Positions 16,101 to 24,975 of a stretch of 59,682 nt of DNA are shown in pieces. The DNA is taken from IMG/VR virus record IMGVR_UViG_3300043466_003081, positions 1-59,682 of that record; one strand, given 5' to 3'. Within the stretch, counting starts at the first letter, position 1, and the number at the start of each line of letters is the position of its first letter. The stretch is from a virus. Taxonomy: Duplodnaviria > Caudoviricetes. Under the pieces are notes generated by a model. That model saw only the letters and a program-made list of their open reading frames with translations, was not told the DNA's origin and did no database searches. A program made the position numbers and the translations under genes.

Positions 16101-17455
16101 CATCAATTGCTGCTGGTCAAGAGTATGGCGCAATTACCTTTAGTGGTCGTGATGCTAGCATAAACGGCTCTGGTGATTTAGCTTTAATTCGTGGTGTTGG
16201 TGTTGGAACCTCTGGAGGTAGCGATCTTCAATTTTGGACGGCTGCTAACGGTGCCGCTCCTACTCCTTCTGCTGTGATTACCTCAGGTGGAGACTTTAGA
16301 CTTTATAATGCGGCTGGTACGTTCTACTCAGAACTTTCAAATAACCCAACTGCAAACAGAACAGTTACAATTCCAGACGGTACTGGTACTCTAGTATTTG
16401 ATACTTCGCCTTCATTTACGACAGGTATTAACGCTGCTAGCACAACAATGGCGTTATTCGATACAACAGCTACAACTGTAAACGCTTTTGGTGCAACAAC
16501 AACTCTTAACTTAGGTTATGATGGAACAGCCCAAAGTACCACCAACATTTCTACAGGGGTGGTAGCATCTGGTGTACCCAAAACTGTCAACATTGGTACT
16601 GGTGGATCTGGAGCATCTACTACTAACATCAATATTGGTGCTAATGATAACGGCGGGCTTACTATCAACTCATCTGCAGTAAACGCACCAAATGCAAATT
16701 TAACGGCTTATACTCTAGCTGCTGATTACATCGACGCCAATGCTGGTGTTATGCAAATTCATGCACCCGCTGGTTTTGGCGCGCAACTGAATTTTTATCC
16801 AGACGCTTCTACCTATGGCTGGAGTATTAATGCAGAAACAGATAATACAATTTCGTTCTATTCCCAAACTCCGAATGAGGCTGTATTTAGGGTTGGTGCT
16901 GCTGGGCAAATCGGCGTTGGTGTAGTTACTGACTACGGTACCGCTGGGCAAGTATTAACTTCTGGCGGAACTGCTGGTGAAGCTAGCTGGACTACTTTAC
17001 CAACTGCAACATCAACTGTTAAGGGTGTTGTTGAGCTGTTTAGCGATACAGTGCAAACCGTAGCAGCTAATGCTGTAACTGCGACTGCAAGTAGAACCTA
17101 CGGTATTCAACTAAATGCCGCAAATCAAATGGTAGTAAACGTCCCTTGGACAAGTGGAGCCCCAACAACTGCTGAGGTAGGTACAGCCACGGCTGGCTTA
17201 GCGGTCGGCGATGTTGGTTCTTATGCGCTCCTTTGGCATAATACTACTGCCGCAGAAACTCCAGGTACTACTGCTGCAGGCTCAACTTTGCGTTATGCTA
17301 ATACAACGACAGATGCGACAAACCCACTCGTTGGATATGGCGCAACAGCTCCCGCTGGCACTTGGAGAATCATGGGTCATACCGCGGTGCAAGGTGGAGG
17401 CACTGCTTTTGCATTTTCCCTGGCAAACGTATCAGTCTGGTTAAGGATATCTTAA
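13109..17455 (+). CDS. long fibre / receptor-binding protein
   Basis: 1448 aa, Thr/Ala/Gly rich, several internal repeats, same N-terminus as the upstream fibre, C-terminal GTWRIMG...VWLRIS. Confidence 0.8.
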   Translation: MATKIIHKKSSVAEKVPLTTDLEIGELAINLVDKKLFSKDGNGNIIEFGSVEVQQLTVYNGTGATIPKGSAVYINGAQGQRPSIALASNASEATSSKTIGFVNADILNGAEGVVTTEGLVYNLNTAAFTEGGAIYLGATAGSITQTKPVAPAHLVSLGWVVKAHASSGRILAHVQNGFELNELHDVLITSPANTQVLAYETSTGLWKNSNLDWANVQNKPDPVITLAGDLSGSVTLTDLASGTLTATIAANSVALGTDTTGNYVATVAAGTSGAQTSSSGLTISATAGEGTAATIAHADTSTAANLTASGRTYVTGLTFDTYGHVTAYTTGAETVTDTNTTSLPIENSAGTVQFTATDTTGLQFVGSGATTVAFDAANSRVTISSTDTNSGGTVTSVSGTAPIVSSGGTTPAISITAATTSAAGSMSAADKTKLDGIATSANNYSLPAATSTALGGIELFSDTAQTVAANTVSTTAGRTYGLQANGSGQGVVNVPWTDTNTTSLPIKNSAGVTQITVTDTTGLQFVGSGTTNVAFDSPNSRVTISSTDYTLPAASSTTRGGVELFSDTIQTTAANATSQTASRTYGVQVNSDAQLVVNVPWTDTTSTYTLPAATSTALGGIELASDTVQTVAAEAVSATASRTYGVQVNSAGQAVVNVPWVDTNSGGNALTSNTLAQFAATTSAQLAGVISDETGSGALVFGTSPSFTTGINAASATMSLFDTTATTVHAFGAATTGNLGYDGTAASTTNISIGANTSGVVKAVNIGTGGVSGSTTNITLGSTTAGALGNTTVRSSSLIVPNRLAVGADMAANTGPILTLGTITNNGSGLMNGTHTNQAFVGGSGSGMLGTVTVALGVVTGITLTWGGHKYLVGDVLTMTSLSTALATTAISGNGTTVTITFATQAAAPFEVGSQIFVSGVTPTGYNGTFTVTACTTTSVSYANATTGAQTVAGTVKMGSALTSSTIPVATIQGANIYVNSYTSDSIGARIRLESNDTSIAAGQEYGAITFSGRDASINGSGDLALIRGVGVGTSGGSDLQFWTAANGAAPTPSAVITSGGDFRLYNAAGTFYSELSNNPTANRTVTIPDGTGTLVFDTSPSFTTGINAASTTMALFDTTATTVNAFGATTTLNLGYDGTAQSTTNISTGVVASGVPKTVNIGTGGSGASTTNINIGANDNGGLTINSSAVNAPNANLTAYTLAADYIDANAGVMQIHAPAGFGAQLNFYPDASTYGWSINAETDNTISFYSQTPNEAVFRVGAAGQIGVGVVTDYGTAGQVLTSGGTAGEASWTTLPTATSTVKGVVELFSDTVQTVAANAVTATASRTYGIQLNAANQMVVNVPWTSGAPTTAEVGTATAGLAVGDVGSYALLWHNTTAAETPGTTAAGSTLRYANTTTDATNPLVGYGATAPAGTWRIMGHTAVQGGGTAFAFSLANVSVWLRIS

Positions 17456-17456
17456 T

Positions 17457-17855
17457 ATGAATTATAGAAACGCAAAAAAATTAGCAAATAACCGCATAGA
17501 CTGCGAAATTGAGCATGAAACTTTAGGTTGGATACCGTTCACCTGTGATCCAAACGACACTGGGGCGTTGTTTGATGTAGCGGAACTCTATTCTACAATG
17601 GATGCAGATCCAAATACTGCAGAGTACATTCCTCCTACTCAAGCAGAGCTAGATGCTGTTGCAACAGAAAACGTACGAAATCAACGAAACTATCTACTGA
17701 CAACAGAAGTAGATCCAATAGTTAGTAATCCGCTACGTTGGGCAGACTTGTCCACTGAGCAGCAACAAGCTTGGGCAACATATCGTCGTGATCTTCTCGA
17801 TATTCCTAACCAGTCTGGTTTTCCATATAGTATTGTTTGGCCAGAAAAACCATAA
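17457..17855 (+). CDS. tail-fibre assembly chaperone
   Basis: IDCEIEHETLGWIPFT and VRNQRN.LL...WATYRRDLLDIPNQSGFPYSIVWPEKP signature. Confidence 0.85.
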   Translation: MNYRNAKKLANNRIDCEIEHETLGWIPFTCDPNDTGALFDVAELYSTMDADPNTAEYIPPTQAELDAVATENVRNQRNYLLTTEVDPIVSNPLRWADLSTEQQQAWATYRRDLLDIPNQSGFPYSIVWPEKP

Positions 17856-17867
17856 ACAGGAGTTACC

Positions 17868-20800
17868 ATGAGTCTAACCCAAGAATTATTTGACAGACAA
17901 ATTGAGCACTTGCTCACAATTAGACGTTATCAAGATGCTGCAAACTTACTTATTGATAAAGCTTCAAACCGTCACCGTGGTTTTTTAAAGAAAATTCTTG
18001 GAAAAGACTTAAAAGATAAACTAGCACTAGAGCGTGAGGTTACAAGGCATGTCCAAGAGCTTCACGCACTAGGAGCTAATGCTGTTTCTGACTTCATCGG
18101 AGCAGAGTTAGACTTCCAAACTAACAATCTTAGACGTTCTGTTGGTGACTTTTACAGTGTTAACTCTGTTAACCGCGGACAACTTGCTAGAGAAATCACT
18201 AGCCAGCCTCTCAAGCTCTTTAACGAGACCAAGTCTCATCCCACTATGGTAAAGAGTTTTGAGAACGTAGGCGGTGCAGAACTAACACGAATCAATCTTA
18301 CAATTCGTAGGGGCATTGCTGCAGGCGAAGTCGAAGACGACATCATCAAGAAAGTACTACAGACTACAAAGTTAACTGACAACCAAGCCAAGACTCTTGT
18401 TACTACTCACATGACTCAAGCAGACAACATCGTCAAGCAAAAAGTACTTGAAGCAAATAAAGAAGTTTACTCTGGTTATGTCTTTACAGCTATTCTTGAC
18501 TCCCGTACTAGTGAAATCTGTTCTCGTTATGACAACTTGTTCCAGTCAGCAGACAACGTAAAAGTTCGTCCTCCATTACATTGGCGTTGCCGTTCTGTTC
18601 TTGTTCCTGTTCTAAAGTCTAAGAAAGAAATCGCTCGTTCTACAAGTGACAGGCTAAACAAAGAACGGCTAGCTGCTGTAGCTGACAACAATTTGTCAGG
18701 TGCATTACCTATTAAAGAGACTTTTAGCGAGTGGTTGATCCGTCAACCTATGGCAACAAAAGTAGACAAGTTAGGTTCAGAGGAACGAGTAGCTCTCTTT
18801 GAAAGAGGCGCTCTTGGTTTAACAGACTTCTTTAGCAATTTAGGTCGTCCTCTTGATATTAGTGCTGTAAGAATTAAAGATAATCTTCTTACTTTCTTTA
18901 GCCCTGTTTCTCTTCGTGACAAAGATCCCCAAGCTGCTTTTCTTGATGTTGCTAGACCTTTTCAAGTAGTTCGTTCAGCACAAATACAAAAGGATCTTGC
19001 CGACCTCATTGTTGCAGATACTATGAATGGTAACTCAGCGATTAGTTTAACAGACTTCCGCGGTACTAGTTTAGGCGGTAAACGTGGTGTTAGACAAGCA
19101 GCTAACAACGAGTTTGATCCTCGCAATCAAACTTTTGATCCTTTTACAGGAGAAGTACGTTCTACTCTTTACTATGATCCAGACTTCACACTTCTTCGTG
19201 AACGTATTGACTACATGAAAGAGTCTAAGTTACTCGATCGTAATCAGAAACAGTTTATCGAAGACTTTACTAACAGCTTAGAAGATCGAGTGTCTGTAAA
19301 TCAGCAAACAGTAGTAGTAGAAAACCTTCGTGTTCTATTTGAACGCTATCAAAAGAACCCAGAACCTTGGGAAAATTTTGTAGCTACCGTTCGAGCAGAA
19401 ATGAATTTCTCTACAATAAACGTTTCAAGGTTACTTGATCGTCGTTCAAGAGCACGTTCAGAATTGTTCCTTGGTTTTAAGGGAGATCCTAACGAACCTG
19501 CAGTAATGATTCAAGGTCAAACACTAGCTATTTCAAAACTACATGCTGAAAAGTTAGAATATGAACGCTATGTGAAAGACTGGGCTTCAACTGAGGGTAT
19601 CAAGCTAGCTCGCAGTGTTTACTACCGTGGTAAAGCACCTTGGACTTCTTATTTCTTTGGGCCTAATGAGAAACCAGAAGGTTTGTTTGAAACACTAAAA
19701 GACAGTTTTATTAAACGTTCTATTCGTGCTACTTTTTACAAAGACGATCCTATTGGTTTTTATACTCGTTTCGGTAAAACTCCAGACAAATTCTCTAAAA
19801 TTGTTAAAAAGTACTTGAAAAAGAAAGTTACTCCTGATTGGTTAACTATGTTTCTTGAGATCAAGGAAGAAGGCTTTGCCGACTTCATTACAAGAACTAT
19901 TCGTGAAGAATATCGTTCTATTGTAGACCTGGAATTCTTTTATAAACTAAGGCGTTCTTTAACGCTAGAGCGTTTGTTTGTTCAAAAGTTAGCTGAGCCT
20001 ATCGAAGGTGAAGTTACTCGTTCTATGTCAAGGCTGATGGCAGTAGTTGCTGAAGGCACTACAACAGACTATGACTCACTAGCTATTAGCCTAGGTAAGG
20101 AGTTAAAGTCTACTTGGAATCCTATTTACCCTATCTTTGGTTCTTCTCTTGAAGACTACCATGAGCAAGGGTCTAAGATTCTAGAACTAATGCGTCAACA
20201 AGGGCTTATCAGAGTAAACTCTCGTGGTGTTACTCGCAGAGCTACTACAGACTTAGACACAGGTCGTGCTTCAGGAAACTGGAAAGATACTGTTTCAAGA
20301 GAAGTTCAAGTTATTGATCCAGTAATGCTTAAACTACAAGACTATAATCGTCGTATTGAACTGTCTAATCGCCTAGGTGTAGATCGTCCTGAAAACAAGT
20401 ATTTTGTCGTTCCCGGTAAAAAGACTTATGTAGATGCTCGTGGGCGTGATACTGGTGTTCCTGTTGTAACTCGTTCAGCTTTTTCTAAGTTCGATGAAAA
20501 ACAAATTGATGGCGATTTCGCCGATATGTTAAACCACACAATGTCTTTCCGTTATGAAGTAGACGACGAGTTTACTAGCTTTATGGATGACTTAGTTAGA
20601 TTTAAAGACCAGAGAGGTAAAGCGGCTTACTATGACTCAATTAACGGCTTTCGTGAAGAAATTATCAGGCGAGGAGACCAAGGCTATGGTCTTATGGAAA
20701 CTATCAGGTACTATCGGGCCAATGGAAAGACTTTCACCGTACATGCCCGTATTGACGGTCGTGGCCGCGTATATTACAACGGGTATTTAACACCTACTGG

Positions 20801-22391
20801 TGGTGAAGTAGTTCGTCCTTTCTTAAACACAGCTCATGCTGTTTCAATGACTCCTCAAGGTTTAAACCAGCTACGGATTCAAATGGCAGCTGTTATAGGT
20901 CCAGGTACTGAAGCACTTACTGATGCTGGCAGACTAGCTATCTTCAAGCGTAATGAAAAGTTTATTCTTGAGGTAGGGCAGTTACTTAGCGCAAAAACTC
21001 AAAGAGAACGTCGTATTAGAGAGTTTCTTGAACATCCTTTAATTCAGTCTACAGATGCTGCTGAAGTAGCTAAGATTGCTCGCTTTAGTCTTGAGTACTA
21101 TCGTATTCATAAGCATACAGGTGGTGATTTTACTCCTGCAAAGCTAAAAACTTATAAGTCTAAACTACTTGGTGAAGCTGACGCTTCTGCTTCAGGCTTA
21201 CAAATGATTGCTCTTGCTACAGGTGATCGTGGTGCTGCTATTACCTCTAATGTATTGCAGTCTATTAAGAAAAACAGAATCTATGACCTTGTTGCTCAAG
21301 ATACTGTTAGTGATCCTCGTTTTCAAGATTTGATGCAAGAATTAAATCTTAACTTGACTTGGGAAGATATCAATAAAGCTGCAAAGTATCAGGTTATGAT
21401 CTCACTGTATGGTGCAGGTAAAGCAGGACAAGCAGCTCGAGTTGCTCTTGAGTTGTCAAAAGTACTTCGTAAGCAAGATGTGCTTGTTACTACCAGAGCA
21501 GAATATTTAGCTTTGACTAAACAAATTGACGTCAAAATTAAAGAAGCTAAGTCTTTAGGTGCAACAGACACTCAAGCTGACCTCTTAGCATTAAAGAAAG
21601 AAGTCCTTGAAATTGCTAACAATCCTGATAAAGCTGTTAGCGATGCGTTACTTGCTGAAGCAGCAGATTTTCACCCAGATCTTTCTGACTTTATTTACAA
21701 GTACTCAAATAGGAGAGGTCCTCAAGTAGGTCCTGACCACTTCAAAAGAATTGCTGCTATTATGTCTGAAAAACTCTCAGAACGTGCACCTGTTACTGAT
21801 AACTACATTGACTTTTGGAAAAGAGTTGGCCAAGATTACGCACGATCAACTAAAAAGGTTCGTATTCCTTGGGTTACTTTTGATGGTAAACTACTATACC
21901 AAGACTATCGACCAAAGATCCAACAAGAAATTCGTTTCTACGATCCTCAATCTAAACGTTACATTCGCAACATTTATCAAATGAATGCTGAAGATGGTAA
22001 GCTATTAGGTAAAGGGCAAGTAGGCGATGTTCGACTGGGTCTAGGTGTTAACGGTACTCACGCAGACGATGCTAGTGTTGTTAGACAGCTACATCTTTGG
22101 GGTCGTCGTACTGGTATTCCAACTTCAACTATTCATGACGCTGCTGCTTTAAATATCAATGAAATCGATCCTCTCTTAGCAGAAGTTCGAGATATCTACA
22201 AGCGTTTTGCTCAATATCCAAAAGTTAAAAAGACTCTTGATGCTCTTCGTGAAGAAGGGTTACCTGACGAGTTGTATTTTAAATACTTAAAAGAAGCTGA
22301 AGACCTTGGCTACTTTGATCCTAAATTTAAACCAGAAGAAATTACAGCTCCTTTAAAAACCGGGTATGACTACTACGGTTGGGGGCCATAA
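17868..22391 (+). CDS. MuF/SPP1-gp7 head morphogenesis domain fused to a T7-like single-subunit DNA-directed RNA polymerase
   Basis: N-term: FTAILDSRTSEIC...RPPLHWRCRSVLVP (MuF). C-term: DGRGRVY, motif A DASASGLQ, motif B K.QVMISLYG, NGTHADDAS, motif C IHDA. Confidence 0.9.
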   Translation: MSLTQELFDRQIEHLLTIRRYQDAANLLIDKASNRHRGFLKKILGKDLKDKLALEREVTRHVQELHALGANAVSDFIGAELDFQTNNLRRSVGDFYSVNSVNRGQLAREITSQPLKLFNETKSHPTMVKSFENVGGAELTRINLTIRRGIAAGEVEDDIIKKVLQTTKLTDNQAKTLVTTHMTQADNIVKQKVLEANKEVYSGYVFTAILDSRTSEICSRYDNLFQSADNVKVRPPLHWRCRSVLVPVLKSKKEIARSTSDRLNKERLAAVADNNLSGALPIKETFSEWLIRQPMATKVDKLGSEERVALFERGALGLTDFFSNLGRPLDISAVRIKDNLLTFFSPVSLRDKDPQAAFLDVARPFQVVRSAQIQKDLADLIVADTMNGNSAISLTDFRGTSLGGKRGVRQAANNEFDPRNQTFDPFTGEVRSTLYYDPDFTLLRERIDYMKESKLLDRNQKQFIEDFTNSLEDRVSVNQQTVVVENLRVLFERYQKNPEPWENFVATVRAEMNFSTINVSRLLDRRSRARSELFLGFKGDPNEPAVMIQGQTLAISKLHAEKLEYERYVKDWASTEGIKLARSVYYRGKAPWTSYFFGPNEKPEGLFETLKDSFIKRSIRATFYKDDPIGFYTRFGKTPDKFSKIVKKYLKKKVTPDWLTMFLEIKEEGFADFITRTIREEYRSIVDLEFFYKLRRSLTLERLFVQKLAEPIEGEVTRSMSRLMAVVAEGTTTDYDSLAISLGKELKSTWNPIYPIFGSSLEDYHEQGSKILELMRQQGLIRVNSRGVTRRATTDLDTGRASGNWKDTVSREVQVIDPVMLKLQDYNRRIELSNRLGVDRPENKYFVVPGKKTYVDARGRDTGVPVVTRSAFSKFDEKQIDGDFADMLNHTMSFRYEVDDEFTSFMDDLVRFKDQRGKAAYYDSINGFREEIIRRGDQGYGLMETIRYYRANGKTFTVHARIDGRGRVYYNGYLTPTGGEVVRPFLNTAHAVSMTPQGLNQLRIQMAAVIGPGTEALTDAGRLAIFKRNEKFILEVGQLLSAKTQRERRIREFLEHPLIQSTDAAEVAKIARFSLEYYRIHKHTGGDFTPAKLKTYKSKLLGEADASASGLQMIALATGDRGAAITSNVLQSIKKNRIYDLVAQDTVSDPRFQDLMQELNLNLTWEDINKAAKYQVMISLYGAGKAGQAARVALELSKVLRKQDVLVTTRAEYLALTKQIDVKIKEAKSLGATDTQADLLALKKEVLEIANNPDKAVSDALLAEAADFHPDLSDFIYKYSNRRGPQVGPDHFKRIAAIMSEKLSERAPVTDNYIDFWKRVGQDYARSTKKVRIPWVTFDGKLLYQDYRPKIQQEIRFYDPQSKRYIRNIYQMNAEDGKLLGKGQVGDVRLGLGVNGTHADDASVVRQLHLWGRRTGIPTSTIHDAAALNINEIDPLLAEVRDIYKRFAQYPKVKKTLDALREEGLPDELYFKYLKEAEDLGYFDPKFKPEEITAPLKTGYDYYGWGP

Positions 22392-22400
22392 GGAAATATA

Positions 22401-22637
22401 ATGACAGATAAGATTGTATCAATTTTTAATAAGCAACCCGTCAACACTACAACAGATCGTGCTGAGATTGAGGAAGTTATCGCTCAACTAGTTGACATGA
22501 AAGATACTGTAGAAGAACTACTTGTCATTTCTGTAACTAAAGACGATGAAATGCTTGTTCGCTCAGGTAACATGACTCGTGAAACAGCCTATTTCCTTCT
22601 TGGTCTAGCTCAGTTGAACGCTCTAGCTGCAGAGTAA
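22401..22637 (+). CDS. hypothetical protein
   Basis: 78 aa, AAGGA RBS. Confidence 0.65.
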   Translation: MTDKIVSIFNKQPVNTTTDRAEIEEVIAQLVDMKDTVEELLVISVTKDDEMLVRSGNMTRETAYFLLGLAQLNALAAE

Positions 22638-22638
22638 T

Positions 22639-22660
22639 CACCTCTTAGCTATAAAGAAGA
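22639..22660 (+). promoter_or_regulatory. putative phage RNAP promoter, copy 2 (upstream of the scaffold/capsid operon)
   Basis: CACCTCTTAGCTATAAAGAAGA, intergenic, co-oriented with the capsid genes. Confidence 0.65.
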
Positions 22661-22678
22661 GGGGGTTGAAAACCTTAT

Positions 22679-22730
22679 GGGGGCGGGAGCTTATGCTTCT
22701 GCTCCTCCCTCACTTTCCTTTCTTTTTCTT
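22679..22730 (+). terminator. G:U-rich hairpin plus pyrimidine tract, candidate terminator/attenuator
   Basis: GGGGGCGGGAGC-TTAT-GCTTCTGCTCCT then CCCTCACTTTCCTTTCTTTTTCTT. Confidence 0.4.
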
Positions 22731-22895
22731 GAGGTGACTTATGACTCGTGATTACTCCTTGTACCCCGGTTGCCTTTGTCCTTTCTGTAAAGAAGGAAAG
22801 ATAAAAGAAGTAACTGTATGGAATCATCGAGAAGGCTTTTTTGTTTGTTCTTCTTGCGATTTTACATACCAGCCTCCTCAATATAGGTATAAAAA

Positions 22896-23069
22896 ATGAA
22901 AACAAAAGAATTTAAAGAGTGGTTTGCTGATTTTGCTGCTGGTGTCGCTATCGAAGGCCCCAACTCAGGTCAATGGCGTAAACTACAAACAATTGTCAAC
23001 TCTCTAGAAGTAGAAGCTCCTAAACCAGTGGTTGAAAAAGCTCCTGTTGAGAAAAAGATTAAAGAATAA
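22896..23069 (+). CDS. hypothetical protein, 57 aa
   Basis: Translated by hand: MKTKEFKEWFADFAAGVAIEGPNSGQWRKLQTIV...; AGGT RBS. Confidence 0.6.
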   Translation: MKTKEFKEWFADFAAGVAIEGPNSGQWRKLQTIVNSLEVEAPKPVVEKAPVEKKIKE

Positions 23070-23158
23070 TACTAATAACTAGAATACCATAGACTAACGA
23101 ACTATTGTTGTACCTTTAGTTCTCTATTCAATGCTGTGCAAAAGGAAATACTATAACT

Positions 23159-23839
23159 ATGGCTGATCAAAACGACGATAATACTGTCAATGATAATGAA
23201 GACGATAATGACACCAATCAACAAGACCTTTCCCAACGGAAAGCCTCTCTTGCTGATGAGCATCAAGCTCTACTAAAACAATTGGTGGCTGACGAGCTTA
23301 AACAAATGAAGGGCAATGTTGACAAAGCCTACAAAAAAGCTGAAGAGCTAGCACGTGAAAATGCTCGTCTCAAAGCAGAAGCTCAAGATAAGCAACGTAA
23401 ACAACTCGAAGACGAAGGCAAGCATTATGAAGTTGCTAAACTCAAGCTTGCTGAACTAGAAGAAGAAAAGAAAATTCTGCAGGATAAACTTACTTCTGTT
23501 ACTCGAGATCGTGAGCTAGAGAAGCACTTAGGCTCTCTCGAGTTCCGTAACGACTTCGCACGTGAAACTGCTTTCAAAACTATTCTCCCTGAACTTGTCC
23601 AAGACGAGGACGGCTCATGGGTTCACAAGTCTGGCGCTAGTATTAATGACTATCTCAAGGCTTTTTCTAAAGATCCTAATAAGGATTTTCTCTTTAAACC
23701 TAAAGAAAACTCAGGTGCTGGCTCAAACTCGAACAAGAACTCTGCTTCAATGTCACGTCCAAAGACTCTCTCTGGCATGACTACTGAAGAGCTACTTGCT
23801 CTTGCTGAATCAGGTAAACTCGGAACAGTGACTTTCTAA
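23159..23839 (+). CDS. capsid scaffolding protein
   Basis: Acidic N-term, long coiled coil, FLFKP...SGAGS motif, directly upstream of the MCP. Confidence 0.8.
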   Translation: MADQNDDNTVNDNEDDNDTNQQDLSQRKASLADEHQALLKQLVADELKQMKGNVDKAYKKAEELARENARLKAEAQDKQRKQLEDEGKHYEVAKLKLAELEEEKKILQDKLTSVTRDRELEKHLGSLEFRNDFARETAFKTILPELVQDEDGSWVHKSGASINDYLKAFSKDPNKDFLFKPKENSGAGSNSNKNSASMSRPKTLSGMTTEELLALAESGKLGTVTF

Positions 23840-23870
23840 GTCACAAATAATCTAAAAAAGGTACAACAAA

Positions 23871-24962
23871 ATGGCTATTAATCATCTAAACTTTCAGAAC
23901 GTAGCAGTTGCTATCTCTGCTTATGCAGAAGAGCGCTGGACCGAAGAAAAGCGTATTAACTCAACTGGTATGGTTGCTGCTTCAACCGAGCTAGACCCAT
24001 CAGGCGAAGGCTTCGCTGGTCAGCTACGCTGGTACAAACCACTATCAGCTACCATCAACAACGCTTCACTAACCACTGCTACTGATGGTACTTATTCTTC
24101 AATCTCAACCGACATTGCTAACTATGTTAAGAATGCTCGCACCATCGGTGCTGAACAGGTTAACCTACAGCGCATTATCTCACAGCAGGACGGCCTAGCT
24201 TTCTTCGCTCGTAACTTTGCTCAGTCACGTGCTCAGGACGAGCATAACGCTGTTCTAAACATCATGAAGGGCGTTGCTGCTTCTGAAGTTGCTCTTGGTG
24301 CTGGTATTGTCGGCTTCGACACTGTTCCTTCAGGTTCAGTTGGTGCTTTCGTTGACGTTAACGCTGCTGGTGCTTTCGGTGCTGCTGCTACTGGTGCTGG
24401 CGATGCTCGCAAGCTAGTTGACTCTTCAGAAATCGGTGCTGCTCGTGGTGAGCGTCTATTCCGCGCTATGGGTATGTTCTACAAGGACTACGAACCAGAC
24501 TTCGTCTACATGGTAACTTCACCTGAAGTTCTTGCTGACCTTCGTGCAGCTAACCTAATCGACCAAGACCGTGTTCGTGACGGTAACCTAGACTTCCAAA
24601 CCATCTTTGGTGGTAAGTTCCGTCTAGTGCTAACTCGTGCTGCTCAGGGCAACCTTGCTGCCTCAGCTAACGTTAATGACCAGTCAACCAAGACAACCTT
24701 CCTTGTCAAGCCTGGCTCAGTTGCTTTCCGCGAAATCCCAATGCCAGTCGCTACCGAAGTTGATCGTAATCCTGCTAGCTATGCTGGTGGCGGTTCAACC
24801 AACATCTGGTATCGCTATGGCTTCGTTGCTCATCCTATGGGCTACGACTGGGTTGGCGCAACCAACAACTTCGCTACCAACTCAACCCTAGGGGCTGCTG
24901 CCTCATGGACCCGTACTATGGATCCACTAAACCTAGGTATTCTCCCCATCCTACACGCTTAA
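23871..24962 (+). CDS. major capsid protein
   Basis: 363 aa after the scaffold; strong codon bias; C-terminal EVDRNP...GGG...WYRYGFVAHPMGYDW typical of siphovirus coat proteins. Confidence 0.85.
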   Translation: MAINHLNFQNVAVAISAYAEERWTEEKRINSTGMVAASTELDPSGEGFAGQLRWYKPLSATINNASLTTATDGTYSSISTDIANYVKNARTIGAEQVNLQRIISQQDGLAFFARNFAQSRAQDEHNAVLNIMKGVAASEVALGAGIVGFDTVPSGSVGAFVDVNAAGAFGAAATGAGDARKLVDSSEIGAARGERLFRAMGMFYKDYEPDFVYMVTSPEVLADLRAANLIDQDRVRDGNLDFQTIFGGKFRLVLTRAAQGNLAASANVNDQSTKTTFLVKPGSVAFREIPMPVATEVDRNPASYAGGGSTNIWYRYGFVAHPMGYDWVGATNNFATNSTLGAAASWTRTMDPLNLGILPILHA

Positions 24963-24975
24963 TCGGTGGTGTATC

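Noticed and set aside
13109-17455. Mtd-like N-terminus and repeats suggested a diversity-generating retroelement
   Set aside because: No reverse transcriptase and no template/variable repeat pair with adenine-specific mismatches seen; the repeats are in-frame protein repeats
22675-22905. Minus-strand 76-aa ORF in the capsid leader
   Set aside because: Low-complexity translation of a purine/pyrimidine-skewed regulatory region, opposite to the operon
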